This document shows positions 27,672-50,373 of a DNA stretch of 64,000 bases, piece after piece. The translations under genes were made by a program, and so were the position numbers. Source of the stretch: Eledone cirrhosa (taxonomy: Eukaryota); assembly GCA_964016885.1 (NCBI GenBank), contig OZ024741.1, positions 306,094,001-306,158,000 of the forward strand. The letters run 5' to 3'. The notes beneath the pieces are model-generated. The model made no database searches and was not told the DNA's origin. It saw nothing but the letters and a program-made list of their open reading frames with translations. Numbering within the stretch: the first letter of the stretch is position 1; the number at the start of each line of letters is the position of its first letter.

Positions 27672-30381
27672 TTAATTGTAAGTTGTGATGTTGCTGTTCC
27701 ACTCATATTTTCTATTTAATTTTGGTTTTAATTCTTTTATGCTTACTGCCTCTGTAATTTGCCGAAACATTGCGTCTTTCTTGTGTGTGGATTCTATTTT
27801 TATTTCTATGCTCTCTAATTTACCCCTGTGTTCTATCTTAGCATGTTGGTAGAGCACAGATGATTCTTTATTATCTTGGAGGTCTCGCCAGTGTTCATTT
27901 ATTCGTTCCCCTATACTACGAGCTGTCTCACCTATGTACACTATATTTTTGTTTCTACATTGTCCTTCAGTACATCTTATGCTATATACTACATTTCTAG
28001 TTTTACAGTTAATATGGGGGCTTATTTTACAGGTTATACATTTCTTATCTATACATGAGGGTCTTTGGAACGGGTATGTCTTGCTAATAAGTGTTTTTAC
28101 GGAGGTACCAGGTCTTTCTACTATCTTAATATTGAGATTATGTTTCTTTAGGGCCCTTCTAAATTTGTAGGCTAGTTCGCCTCTAGGGGTTGTATTGATG
28201 AACATTACACTCTGGTATTTATTGCTATCATACCATGAGTTTATTCTATTGGCCTTGTTCTTAGTTCTTTCTATTCTATTCCAAAATTTGCTCCTATACA
28301 AGGGGCAGGTCCCATTTATGTCATTATTTACCATTTTTTCCCATTTGGTTCTGGCTCCTTTATACACTCTGATTCTATCTCTCTGATTGTAGCCAGAGAA
28401 CTGCATACGGTGGATGAAGTGTTGTATGTGTCTCTCTAGTTCTTCGGGGTTGCACATGCGGGACACATTTCTCATCACCCGTACCAAATCCGCAATCAGT
28501 ATGTTGATTTTGGTATGGTCCGAAATGGCCGAGTTTCGGTGGATCAGATGTTTGGAAGTCATGGGTTTGGCATAATGGGAATGGAGGATTTGTTTTTGGT
28601 TGTTAATTGTATCTAACCAGAGCTCTGTGTCTAGTACAGGTAATCGATGGTTGGGGTGTCTACTTGGGTAGTCTATAGTAACTCTAATGCTCTGGTGGAT
28701 GGAGTTTGCTATTTGCTGGATGCTTTCCATTGTGTTTTTCTCTAGTTCCTGACTGTTCTTTAGTGGGGGTGTCTTAACTACGATGTTTATATCATCTACG
28801 TAGCGGGAGTACATTATCAGGGTTAAGCTGTCTTCTAATTGTTCATTAAGTTTTTGTTTAAGTCTACTGTCCCACCATACCATGAATAAGTTAGCTATGT
28901 CGCCTGCAATGCTAACACCAATGGCTGCTCCTTCCTCTTGGGCATATGTTTTACCATTAAATTTGAACATATGTTCCTTAAGGGTTAATTTTATGCTGGC
29001 CCCTACCGCATGTGCAATCATTTTCTTCAGTTCATCGTGGTTTTCGGGTGTCCGTATGGCTCTGGTTCACTCGTTCCATCTATCTGTGAGGGTTTTCTTG
29101 GCCATTGAGGTAATGGTAGGTGGTCTGCCTCTTGCTGGTCTTGTAGGGCACATGTTGCTAAGGTCATAAGTGTCTAGGTAACTATTACTATGGGTAAGCT
29201 TAAGTAGAAGTCCCAGCTCACTGGTATCAATCCCACGGAACTCAACCTTGCTCTCGCTGATCATTTCGACGCATTTCTCCACAGCAAAATCCACGTCAAT
29301 AGATGGATACAGGGACACAACATCCATACTGCCTATTATGCAGTTTGTTAGGTCCCCAGATCGGTTACCCGCGCCGATTCTGCTGAGGAGGTCCTCCGTG
29401 CTGTCACACACATCTGGGGACATCTCAATGATGGGGCGTATGATCAGGGAGAGGAAGTAGGACAGTCTGTAGTTACTAGCAATGTTAGCCCCACAGACTG
29501 GCCGTGTTGGTGGTCCCGCGACAGGGTCCCAGCCCGTTTTATGGTCTTTTCGAAGCCCATACAACGCCGGCACGTCATTGTTCCAGGCCTGGAAGTTGTT
29601 GGCAGTCCTTTTGTTGGGCTGCATTATATTTGTCCACATCACCATATGGGCATTGAGGGTTTTTTTCTCTATCCTCATGCTCCTGTGGTGTTACCTCTCT
29701 TGTGTTAGTGATGTGGGGTTGCATTGCCTGGATGTAGTTTGGCAGGCTGTCAACCGACATTCTGCCAGACTTGTCTGTTGGAAAGCATGCTATCTCTCCA
29801 TTACGCGAGCGCTGCATGAGCTTACGCAAGCCATTTGCAGATTCTTCTCCCAGTTGCTGGGCCTCTATTCTATTATGCTTCTTGCTATACTGTTCTATAA
29901 TATTTCTAAGTTCGGATTTAGCTATACTAAATTGTGCTTCTGTTTGTTCATCGACCTGCGACGGCAACTGCGTGCGTTTGTTAAATGGCAAAGTCGTGGC
30001 GTGGACTCGTCGTAGGTCGAATGATTTATCGGAGGGGTTATAAAACGGAGAGTTCCAGGCTGGTGCTTTATGTGTACTAGTGCTATTGTTATTGTTAGTT
30101 GTGTTGTTTCTATTTCCACCAACAGCAGCAGCCTCAGCTTCATGGTTGTTTCTATGTCTCTCATAATTACTCCTGTCTCTTTCCACTGGCTCAATGTTGT
30201 TATCTACCCTATTTTGTGTGTCTGTGTGTTCGTCTTGGTTATTCTCTTTGTCCTTAGTCTCCCATCTCCTTCTCCTTTTTATCCTATTACTTTCTCTTAT
30301 TTCTCTGATTTCTGTGCTACTGTCATTACTTGTTTTCTGTGTCTGTGTGTTTGTTAAGATTGTGGTGGTGGTGAGAGGCAT
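27672..30381 (-). pseudogene. Penelope-like RT + GIY-YIG ORF, interrupted by a frameshift (~29680) and a TGA (29067-29069)
   Basis: PTDKSG, GSMDVVSLYP, QEEGAAIG, RYVDD, NVVYSIRC...YIGET...R..EH. Confidence 0.9.
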
Positions 30382-30872
30382 TGAATGCGTGTGTGTTGTT
30401 GTTGTTGATGTGTGTTGTTGTTGTCTCCGTGTGTGTGTGTGTTATCGTTGTTGTGTGTGTTGTTGTTGTTGTTTGTGTTTGTGTGTCTGTTGTTGTTGTA
30501 TCTGGGTATGTTGCTATTGTTGTTGTTGTTGATGTGTGTGTTGTTGTTATTGTTGTCTCCGTGTGTGTTGTTATTGTTGTTTGTGTCTGCGTGTCTGTTG
30601 TATCTGGGTATGTTGCTATTGTTGTATCTGGGTATGTTGCTATTGTTGTTGTTGTATCTGGGTATGTTGCTATTGTTGTTGTTATTGTTGTTTGTGTCTG
30701 TGTGTCTGTTGTTGTTGGGATGTGTGTTGTATATGTGTGTGCGTATATTGTTGTTTTTGTTTTTGTTTTTGATGCTCCAGCGTAGTTTCGTAAATGATTT
30801 TTCTATTTCTGACAGACAACTAATCATATTTACCTTCTTGAATGTCGCAAAAAATTAACCCTTAAGGAACAT

Positions 30873-32171
30873 ATGTTCAAATTTAATGGTAAAACATATG
30901 CCCAAGAGGAAGGAGCAGCCATTGGTGTTAGCATTGCAGGCGACATAGCTAACTTATTCATGGTATGGTGGGACAGTAGACTTAAACAAAAACTTAATGA
31001 ACAATTAGAAGACACCCTAACCCTGATAATGTACTCCCGCTACGTAGATGATATAAACATCGTAGTTAAGACACCCCCACTAAAGAACAGTCAGGAACTA
31101 GAGAAAAACACAATGGAAAGCATCCAGCAAATAGCAAACTCCATCCACCAGAGCATTAGAGTTACTATAGACTACCCAAGTAGACACCCCAACCATCGAT
31201 TACCTGTACTAGACACAGAGATCTGGTTAGATACAATTAACAACCAAAAACAAATCCTCCATTCCCATTATGCCAAACCCATGACTTCCAAACATCTGAT
31301 CCACCGAAACTCGGCCATTTCGGACCATACCAAAATCAACATACTGATTGCGGATTTGGTACGGGTGATGAGAAATGTGTCCCGCATGTGCAACCCCGAA
31401 GAACTAGAGAGACACATACAACACTTCATCCACCGTATGCAGTTCTCTGGCTACAATCAGAGAGATAGAATCAGAGTGTATAAAGGAGCCAGAACCAAAT
31501 GGGAAAAAATGGTAAATAATGACATAAATGGGACCTGCCCCTTGTATAGGAGCAACTTTTGGAATAGAATAGAAAGAACTAAGAACAAGGCCAATAGAAT
31601 AAACTCATGGTATGATAGCAATAAATACCAGAGTGTAATGTTCATCAATACAACCCCTAGAGGCGAACTAGCCTACAAATTTAGAAGGGCCCTAAAGAAA
31701 CATAATCTCAATATTAAGATAGTAGAAAGACCTGGTACCTCCGTAAAAACACTTATTAGCAAGACATACCCGTTCCAAAGACCCTCATGTATAGATAAGA
31801 AATGTATAACCTGTAAAATAAGCCTCCATATTAACTGTAAAACTAGAAATGTAATATATAGCATAAGATGTACTGAAGGACAATGTAGAAACAAAAATAT
31901 AGTGTACATAGGTGAGACAGCTCGTAGTATAGGGGAACGAATAAATGAACACTGGCGAGACCTCCAAGATAATAAAGAATCATCTGTGCTCTACCAACAT
32001 GCTAAGATAGAACACAGGGGTAAATTAGAGAGCATAGAAATAAAAATAGAATCCACACACAAGAAAGACGCAATGTTTAGGCAAATTACAGAGGCAGTAA
32101 GCATAAAAGAATTAAAACCAAAATTAAATAGAAAATATGAGTGGAACAGCAACATCACAACTTACAATTAA
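30873..32171 (+). CDS. 5'-truncated Penelope-like RT C-half + GIY-YIG endonuclease
   Basis: Open 432-aa frame with 5 aa differences from the minus copy. Confidence 0.85.
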   Translation: MFKFNGKTYAQEEGAAIGVSIAGDIANLFMVWWDSRLKQKLNEQLEDTLTLIMYSRYVDDINIVVKTPPLKNSQELEKNTMESIQQIANSIHQSIRVTIDYPSRHPNHRLPVLDTEIWLDTINNQKQILHSHYAKPMTSKHLIHRNSAISDHTKINILIADLVRVMRNVSRMCNPEELERHIQHFIHRMQFSGYNQRDRIRVYKGARTKWEKMVNNDINGTCPLYRSNFWNRIERTKNKANRINSWYDSNKYQSVMFINTTPRGELAYKFRRALKKHNLNIKIVERPGTSVKTLISKTYPFQRPSCIDKKCITCKISLHINCKTRNVIYSIRCTEGQCRNKNIVYIGETARSIGERINEHWRDLQDNKESSVLYQHAKIEHRGKLESIEIKIESTHKKDAMFRQITEAVSIKELKPKLNRKYEWNSNITTYN

Positions 32172-32476
32172 GGACAAAATGAAAACACACACACACATAG
32201 TACAAACAACTTACAATTGAAAACACACACAAAATGAAAACACACACAAGACAAAATGAAAACACACACACACATAGAACAAACAACCAACCAACAATAA
32301 ATAAATAAATAAACAAACAAATAGAAAAATATAAATAGAAAAATAGAAAAATGAACACAAACACACACAGACACCCGGATGTGGAGCATGCGCAAACGGA
32401 GCACGCAACCCACACACAAACAAAATGGCGTAGGATAGAAGAAAGGAAAGGCACAGGAACGAAGAAAGAAATCCCC

Positions 32477-32521
32477 AGTCACTGAAGAGGTCACAGAGTG
32501 TGTGACGAAAGAACTATGACT
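32477..32521 (+). ncRNA. Minimal type I hammerhead ribozyme (PLE-A pLTR)
   Basis: Same motif as 27322-27366. Confidence 0.8.
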
Positions 32522-32672
32522 ATATATATATAAACAACTATCTGGTTGTGGAACCAACCAACCAACCAGAAATTTATAAATTTGTAAATTTATAAATATA
32601 TAATAAATTAAATTGAAGTGAAAGCAACTGGTGCGTGTGTTTCTTATTGGCAACATGACCCTCCCAAAGTAT

Positions 32673-32747
<75 letters not shown>

Positions 32748-32822
32748 TATATATATATAAGTAGAGTGCTTCTTATCCGATATCTGCACTGCTTTATTGT
32801 ACTACAATAAAACTCACCTCCT

Positions 32823-36345
<3,523 letters not shown>

Positions 36346-36348
<3 letters not shown>

Positions 36349-37170
36349 CGGAACACAGCTACACAGGACCAGGAGGGACCGATATCCCCGTGTCAAAATC
36401 GATACGAGACCTGGGCATAGACATGAGCGATGATGCATCATTTTCTTCACACATCATGAAGGTGGCGACAGCATGTAGACGATTCGCTGGCTGGATCTTG
36501 AGGACTTTCCTTACAAGAGATCGAGACACCATGTTGACACTGTGGAGGACTTTTGTCCTAAGCCGCCTGGACTACTGCTCCCAGTTGTTGTCACCCCATA
36601 GTGTCAAACTAACCACAGAGCTTGAGGCAATCCAGCGAAGCTACACCAAGAGGATTGCCAAGATGAGGGAGACAAGCTACTGGGAGAGGCTGAAGGAACT
36701 GAACCTCTACTCCTTGGAGCGAAGACGGGAGAGATACGCAGTGATCTACATGTGGAAAATCCTGGAGGGACTAGCACCAAACTTTGGCATTGGGAGCTGG
36801 ACCAACCGTCGAACAGGACGTCACTGTGTGGTGCCAAAGGTCCCGTCTTCCACATCTAGAATAAGGAGCAGGTATTGCAATAGTCTGGGATTCAAGGGCC
36901 CTCAACTCTTCAACAGGCTGCCGAGGCATCTGCGAGTCTTGCATGACGTGGAGGTGGATGTCTTTAAGAAACATCTCGACACCTTGTTATCCAGGATCCC
37001 GGATGAACCACAGCAAGACACGAGGGAAACCTAAGGGCAGCAGCAACAAACTCCCTCCTACACCAGTGGCCAACCTATACAGGCTGGAGATAAAATGTGT
37101 AGCAACAAGGGCGGTGCCCCAGCATGGCCTCAGCCGGATGGCTGAAACAGGTAAAAGAGTAAAAGAGTAA
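36346..37170 (+). mobile_element. 5'-truncated copy of the 21427-26052 LINE
   Basis: Near-identical to ~25221-26040, including stem-loop and tail. Confidence 0.92.
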
Positions 37171-40112
<2,942 letters not shown>

Positions 40113-40204
40113 TATATATAAATATATATATAAATATATATATAAATATATATATATATAAATATATATATATAAATATATATATATATAAATATATATA
40201 TATA

Positions 40205-40244
<40 letters not shown>

Positions 40245-40245
40245 A

Positions 40246-40304
<59 letters not shown>

Positions 40305-40307
40305 AAT

Positions 40308-40392
<85 letters not shown>

Positions 40393-40407
40393 AATATATA
40401 TATATAA

Positions 40408-40512
<105 letters not shown>

Positions 40513-40523
40513 TATAAATATAT

Positions 40524-40883
<360 letters not shown>

Positions 40884-41020
40884 AATATATATAAATATAT
40901 ATATATATATATAAATATATATAAATATATATAAATATATATATATATAAATATATATATAAATATATATAAATATATATATAAATATATATATATATAT
41001 AAATATGTATATATATATAT

Positions 41021-42090
<1,070 letters not shown>

Positions 42091-42106
42091 ATATATATAA
42101 ATATAT

Positions 42107-42175
<69 letters not shown>

Positions 42176-42186
42176 TATATATAAAT

Positions 42187-42217
<31 letters not shown>

Positions 42218-42220
42218 AAT

Positions 42221-42252
<32 letters not shown>

Positions 42253-42264
42253 GTATATATAAAT

Positions 42265-42296
<32 letters not shown>

Positions 42297-42339
42297 GTAT
42301 ATATAAATATATATATATATATGTATATATAAATATATG

Positions 42340-42399
<60 letters not shown>

Positions 42400-42402
42400 A
42401 AT

Positions 42403-42434
<32 letters not shown>

Positions 42435-42446
42435 GTATATATAAAT

Positions 42447-42478
<32 letters not shown>

Positions 42479-42490
42479 GTATATATAAAT

Positions 42491-42522
<32 letters not shown>

Positions 42523-42534
42523 GTATATATAAAT

Positions 42535-42566
<32 letters not shown>

Positions 42567-42641
42567 GTATATATAAATATATATATATATAAATATATAC
42601 AATATTAAATAAATGGAAAACTATATTTATAAAACCATATC

Positions 42642-42707
42642 TATTTCATTATATATATTTCGGGGATATCATATTAACAATATGCTATGCCTTCATCAGA
42701 CAAAATA
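42642..42707 (-). ncRNA. Type I hammerhead ribozyme (PLE-B), canonical CUGAUGA core
   Basis: Reverse complement reads tattttgt CTGATGA aggcatagcatattgttaatatgatatcccc GAAA tatata TA atgaaata. Confidence 0.8.
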
Positions 42708-43076
42708 CAATATAAACAGTTTTATAGATAAATATATTCGATATACCGTAATAAACATCAACTTCATTTGATGAGGTTTACTCTAGCAGTGAAAATACAG
42801 AGAGAAAGAAAGAGAGAGAGAAAAGAGGGAAATAAGAAAGAAAGACAAAACGAAGAAAAGGAAGAAAAAGAAGAAAAAGAAAAAGAAGAAATGCATGGGA
42901 CAAAATAGAGAGATGGAAAAATATATAAAGCGAAGAGCTTCATGTAAAGAGACAGAAAGATATATATATATATATAGAGAGAGAGAGAGGAAATAGAGAT
43001 AGATACATATATAAATATAGATATAGAAAAATTAGGTAGTGGGAGGTCATTTTGAGTAAGTGTATCAATGATGCAT

Positions 43077-43111
<35 letters not shown>

Positions 43112-44243
43112 GCTCAAGTATTAATGTAAGGGAGATATATAGAGAGATATAGAGAGATATAGAGAGAGAAAAAATTTAAAAATAGCCAGACATATTCGAG
43201 GCGTAGAAAACCCTATGTTTTAATGTATTAGTATTTATAAAACTTACACTATATTGTAAATATCAGTATTCCTGGATGAAACAAGTATTCACAATGCGTG
43301 AAAATTCATTATCTTATGTTTAGTTTTTTAAAAAATTCATATGTCTATGTGAATCCAACTGATTCACTCCGCAAATTCAAAGTTACCGGAAAACATTCTC
43401 AATGTGGTATAAAAATTTGAGCGTATTATTATTCTTGCGATTACTCTACAAGATTATCTATCAAGCAGAAATAGAGAGCAGATTTCAATATACTAATCGA
43501 AAATATATATTATATTATAAGCAGAGATAACAATAATAATGATAATAAGTAAAAATATATAAAAATATAAAAATATAGAATAGAAAACTAAAAAAGAATA
43601 TTACGAAAGAATATTACATAATAAAAATATTGCATATTAAAAATACTACGTATTAAAAATATTACGTATAAAAATATTAAAAATATTACATATAAAAATA
43701 TTAAAAATAAAAATTTACATATAAAAATATTAAAAATAAAAATAAAATAAAATAAAAAATAAAAATATTATAGAATACTACAATACTAAAAGAATAAAAA
43801 TAAAAATAAAAATAAAAATAAAAATAAAAATAAAAATAAAAATGAAAATAAAAATAAACCACAAAGAACAACCCTTCAAAGTTAATTGACAATATATTGC
43901 CAAGTTCACTACAAGACAAAGCCAAAAATTATCTATCAAATCACATCTAGCAAGGAATATCGCAAAGAAGATTATGATGTCCAATAATGTCTACATATGT
44001 TCCTATATTTAATATATAAATATATAAGTTTATCAAGTGTAAGGTTAATTCAAAAAATTTGGAGCATCGGCTTTTAGGGTAGCTTAATTTTTCATGAGGA
44101 ATGTTTAGATAAAAATAAAAATAAAAATAAAAATAAATAAAATAAAATAAACAATAAAAAGAGTAAAAAGAGGGAATCAAAGATTTAGGAATCAAAAGAT
44201 TTATCGGCTAGTTCTCATATAAATATAAATCAAACTAAATATA

Positions 44244-45764
44244 CTACATTTTAAATTTAAATTTATATTTAAACGTTGAGTTTAATCTATGTTTGCAACA
44301 ACTGAATAAATTTGTCCGTAGGTTAAGGGAATTTTTAGATTTTAGTATAAAGAATATCTCCTCTGCGCAGAGGTCACATGTCTCAGAGGATGAATTAAAA
44401 GGAATCCCTCTTGAGACTATATTCCAAGCCGTCGAATATCTAACGTTATCTAGCTTAAGTTGCCAGAGTACACCTGATAGTGCCGTTGAAGATTTTTTAT
44501 TTGGATCTGTGAAAGAATTCTTGTGGTTATTATAGCGAAGTTTAAATTCCGTCGATGTGGAACCGACGTAGTTAAAAGAATTAGAGTCAGTATTAACATT
44601 ACAATTGTATACTATATTTTTAACTAAGCAGTTGTTATTTAACGGACATTTAGATCTATCTCTACAGTTACATTTGTTAACTTGTATATTATTTATGCTA
44701 TTATCAGTAGGTTTTAAGTTCCTATTATTTATTCTATTAATATTTTGTGCTAAATTTTTGGTGGATGAGTAGGTTAATTTAATTGTATGCCTATTGAAGA
44801 TTGAGTGGTACCTATGTGTTCTAGGGAAGCGATTATCAAGAGCTTTGAAAAATAATTTAGCGATGTGGGTTTTAATGTTTAGTGAGAAAGGGGGGGCAAA
44901 CCAAATTATGTTCCTAGTTCTATTTCTTTTTTGTCCTTTGGAATTATTGTAATGCTTTCTATTATAGTTGTTAATGTTGTTGCCGTAATTAAAAAAGTTG
45001 TTACTTTGTTTAGTTTGTTTATCATTATCTATGTACACAATCTTATCAGCATACCCTACCCTAGCTAGTGCATCATTATAGTATTGGGCCTTTTCGTCAA
45101 AAATCTTTCTATTCGACGAGATCCTAGAGATACGTTTTTGGACTGAGTTTACTATAGTGTTTTTGACAGATCTGGGGTGGTTAGAGTTAAAGTTGACATA
45201 GTTTAAGTTTTCATTCAACTTGCGAAAAGGATAGTGGAGACATGTGTTGAGATTTAATGTTATATCTAGGAAATTGACTATTCTATGGTTGTTCTCAATT
45301 TCTATTTTAAGGTTAAAGTAATTAAAAAATTTTGTAATTTGTTTACCTTTTCTATTTAGTTCAGGGTTATTATTATTAATAAGTAAAAGCATGTCATCCC
45401 TATATAAACCTCCGGTAGTACCAGGTATTTTCCTATGTAGCGAATTGATTAAAAATAAGCCCACAAGGTCAGTTACCTGAGCTGAGTCGGAAGATCCCAT
45501 AGTTATGTCAAAATTGCTATCTCTATCTGCTCTGGTCCATAATTTGTCATCAAATTCTATCAAAGTTTTCCTAGCCGATAATATAATATGCATTTCTTTG
45601 CTAGTTAGGTCCGTATGTTTGAATGCGTAATTTAGTGCCTTATTTAGTAGACTAGGGGTAATAGAAGAATAATAGTTAGCTATATCAAGTTGAATAAACC
45701 TATTATTATTGTCATATTTAATTTGCCTAAACCACTCAACAACCTCTCCAGTTCCCTTCCACAA
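44244..45764 (-). CDS. Penelope-like RT + GIY-YIG (family B), open but 5'-truncated
   Basis: [27 protein letters not shown], linker CNCx5Cx5[20 protein letters not shown]...CKH. Confidence 0.88.
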   Translation of the reverse strand: MWKGTGEVVEWFRQIKYDNNNRFIQLDIANYYSSITPSLLNKALNYAFKHTDLTSKEMHIILSARKTLIEFDDKLWTRADRDSNFDITMGSSDSAQVTDLVGLFLINSLHRKIPGTTGGLYRDDMLLLINNNNPELNRKGKQITKFFNYFNLKIEIENNHRIVNFLDITLNLNTCLHYPFRKLNENLNYVNFNSNHPRSVKNTIVNSVQKRISRISSNRKIFDEKAQYYNDALARVGYADKIVYIDNDKQTKQSNNFFNYGNNINNYNRKHYNNSKGQKRNRTRNIIWFAPPFSLNIKTHIAKLFFKALDNRFPRTHRYHSIFNRHTIKLTYSSTKNLAQNINRINNRNLKPTDNSINNIQVNKCNCRDRSKCPLNNNCLVKNIVYNCNVNTDSNSFNYVGSTSTEFKLRYNNHKNSFTDPNKKSSTALSGVLWQLKLDNVRYSTAWNIVSRGIPFNSSSETCDLCAEEIFFILKSKNSLNLRTNLFSCCKHRLNSTFKYKFKFKM

Positions 45765-45777
45765 GCTCAGGTTAGAT

Positions 45778-45809
<32 letters not shown>

Positions 45810-45810
45810 G

Positions 45811-45896
<86 letters not shown>

Positions 45897-45957
45897 AATA
45901 TATAAATATATATAAATATATATATATATAAATATATAAATATATATATATATAAAT

Positions 45958-45989
<32 letters not shown>

Positions 45990-46243
45990 GTATATATAAA
46001 TATATATATATATGTATATATAAATATATATATATATGTATATATAAATATATATATATATGTATATATAAATATATATATATATGTATATATAAATATA
46101 TATATATATGTATATATAAATATATATATATATAAATATATATAAATATATATATATAAATATATATAAATATATATATATAAATATATATAAATATATA
46201 TATATAAATATATATAAATATATATATATAAATATATATAAAT

Positions 46244-46304
<61 letters not shown>

Positions 46305-46329
46305 AATATATATATATGTATATATAAAT

Positions 46330-46374
<45 letters not shown>

Positions 46375-46384
46375 TATATATATG

Positions 46385-46426
<42 letters not shown>

Positions 46427-46436
46427 TATATATATG

Positions 46437-46470
<34 letters not shown>

Positions 46471-46507
46471 AATACATATATATATATATATATATAAATA
46501 CATATAT

Positions 46508-46562
<55 letters not shown>

Positions 46563-46573
46563 AATACATATAT

Positions 46574-47004
<431 letters not shown>

Positions 47005-47017
47005 AATACATATATAT

Positions 47018-47174
<157 letters not shown>

Positions 47175-47201
47175 AATATATATATATATCTATATATATA
47201 A

Positions 47202-47250
<49 letters not shown>

Positions 47251-47327
47251 AATATATATATAAATATATATAAATAAATATATATATAAATATATATAAA
47301 TATATATATATATAAATATATATAAAT

Positions 47328-47430
<103 letters not shown>

Positions 47431-47431
47431 A

Positions 47432-47634
<203 letters not shown>

Positions 47635-47701
47635 AATATATAAATATATATATATAAATATATATATATAAAAATATATAAATATATATATATATATAAA
47701 T

Positions 47702-47732
<31 letters not shown>

Positions 47733-47759
47733 AATATATATATAAATATATATAAATAT

Positions 47760-47791
<32 letters not shown>

Positions 47792-47984
47792 CTATATTTA
47801 TCTATATATATATATAATTATATATATATATATATATAATTATATATATATATATATATATATTTATTTATATATATATGTTTATTTATATATATAATTA
47901 TATATATATATATATATAATTATATATATATATTTATTTATATATATATAATTATATATATATATATATTTAGTTATATATATG

Positions 47985-48028
<44 letters not shown>

Positions 48029-48130
48029 TATTTATATATATAATTATATATATATATATATATAATTATATATATATATTTATTTATATATATATAATTA
48101 TATATATATATATATTTAGTTATATATATG

Positions 48131-48190
<60 letters not shown>

Positions 48191-48274
48191 TATTTATATA
48201 TATATATATATGTTTATATATATATACATATAATTATATATATATATATATATATATTTATTTATATATATATA

Positions 48275-48970
48275 CAGATGTACAGGGAAATTAGACAGTA
48301 GAAGTCGCACTGATAGACACATTTTTTAAATGCGAGACGGCGCTATAGAAGTGGTGGATAGCTTCCGGTACCTAGGAGATCAGATTAGCATGGGAGGAGG
48401 GTGTTCCGAGGTCATAGTATCTAGAATAAGGACGGGTTGGAAGAAGTTTAGGGAGCTGCTTCCTCTGTTGACGAAGAAGGGTTTCTCCCTGCGTACGAAA
48501 GGCCGGTTGTATGATGCCTGTGTGAGGAGCGCGATGCTGCATGGTAGTGAGACATGGGCAGCAACCGCAGAGGATATGCGACAGCTGGAGAGAATGAGGC
48601 AAGCATGCTCCGTTGGATGTGCAGTGTAAATGTGCGTGAACGACCCAGCATAAATGTGTTGAGAGAGAAACTGTGTCTGAGAGGGATAGAATGTAGTGTA
48701 CGGGAGAGGAGACTGAGGTGGTATGGACATGTGATGCGCATGGAGGATGACCGATGGGTGAAGAAGTGCCAGGAAATGCCAGTTGAGGGAAGACGTGGTA
48801 GAGGTAGACCACGAAAAACATGGGCGGAGGTGGTGAGAACAGACCTCAGATCATTGAAGCTCACGGTGGAGATGACTCGGGACCGTGACGAGTGGAGAGA
48901 TGCTGTGCTGAATAAGACCCGTCCCACCCTTGCAAGCAGGGAAAAGCGGACGTAAAATGATGATGATGAT
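48275..48970 (+). mobile_element. 5'-truncated RTE-clade LINE 3' end
   Basis: FRYLG, LHGSETW, RRLRWYGHV, RGRGRPRKTW; (ATG)n tail; one frameshift. Confidence 0.9.
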
Positions 48971-48991
48971 GTTTATATATATATATATAAT

Positions 48992-49024
<33 letters not shown>

Positions 49025-49047
49025 ATATGTTTATTTATATATATATA

Positions 49048-49111
<64 letters not shown>

Positions 49112-49115
<4 letters not shown>

Positions 49116-49250
49116 CAGAATTAGCCGTCGAAACGGCTTGAGCTCAGCCGTCGGCGTCCTACTCGTTCCTATTACCCACTCTACTACCCTAAGTATTGAG
49201 TACTTTGGTGCGTTATGGTCCACCTGGTTCCTTACCACATTTCCTCCGTT
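49112..49250 (+). mobile_element. Family C terminus (3' half of hammerhead)
   Basis: Matches 19804-19941. Confidence 0.75.
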
Positions 49251-49290
49251 ATATATATATGTATATATTTATTTATATATATATACATAT

Positions 49291-49336
<46 letters not shown>

Positions 49337-49396
49337 TTATTTATATATATATATATAAAATTATATATATATATAGAATTATATATATATATATAT

Positions 49397-50193
49397 ATGG
49401 TTACCAGTCGGAGTTTAGCTTAAAGCTTTCTCTGTTATTGTATTAAATATTTTTCTCTTGATTTGGCCAGAGATTTATATTTCCATATGCCTTATAAACG
49501 TAACTTTCCGTATTTATTACTGTTATGAGATATTGTTTGCTATTTAGGTATCACTTCTCTGTTTTTAGCCTAAGAAAATATCTATATGCGTGTGTAATTA
49601 ATACATGCATACATTTATTTTTTAAAAATTAATTGAGTTCTTAACACGCAGGATTGATAATATTTTTGAAAAAACTAATTAACCCACGTGTATATTATTT
49701 TACTTTTCTCGTGACTCGCGATTGTCTCCCTTTTCCGCTTCGTGACGCTATGATATTTCCTTAGTCTAAAGACTGCTGGAATTTCAAATTTGGCGGTCAT
49801 TCGATGCGTGAAGGGATAACTTAGCGGACACGAGAAATAACTGCGGTAAGAAATATTTTCTTATATCAAAGTTTAATGGGCATCCACTGATGATTTATAA
49901 GTGCCCACCTACATATATTCTTACAGGAAATTATGTTAGGCTTCTACATAAACTGGAAACATTCTCCCAACTTGTAGAAAACTTATAATGAAACGATTGT
50001 TTGGAAAGAGATATATTTTAATTTTAATTATATCTCATATAAAATAATACAACTGGCTTTCCACAAAATACATATAGTTAGCACCCCAAACACTAAATTG
50101 GGATTATACTAACGTATATCCTAATGTTTGTTGAGTGAGATGGTTACCAGTCGGAGTTTAGCTTAAAGCTTTCTCTGTTATTGTATTAAATAT
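49397..50193. mobile_element. Non-coding element with 54-bp terminal direct repeat (743-nt period)
   Basis: 49397-49450 equals 50140-50193; TA on both sides. Confidence 0.65.
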
Positions 50194-50206
50194 ATATATA
50201 TATGTA

Positions 50207-50254
<48 letters not shown>

Positions 50255-50373
50255 TATATATATATATGTATATATATTTATTTATATATATATATTTATT
50301 TATATATATATATATATATAAAATTATATATATATATATATGTATATATTTATTTATATATATATATTTATAT

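Larger units (their letters stand above)
27166..32677. mobile_element. Penelope-like family A, head-to-head inverted pair
   Basis: Arms 27166-28991 and 30852-32677 are near-identical inverted copies; the minus copy extends to ~30850. Confidence 0.92.
42600..45776 (-). mobile_element. Penelope-like family B, 5'-truncated
   Basis: RT-GIY-YIG ORF plus ~1.6-kb 3' region ending in TA. Confidence 0.9.

Noticed and set aside
29067-29069. In-frame TGA in the PLE-A ORF as possible selenocysteine or readthrough
   Set aside because: The homologous codon in the 51384 copy is Trp (RWIGWTK), so it is a TGG>TGA nonsense change; the same copy also has a frameshift.
27166-32677. DNA transposon with long TIRs
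   Set aside because: The arms encode RT/GIY-YIG and end in hammerhead-bearing pLTRs; no transposase or defined TSD is present.
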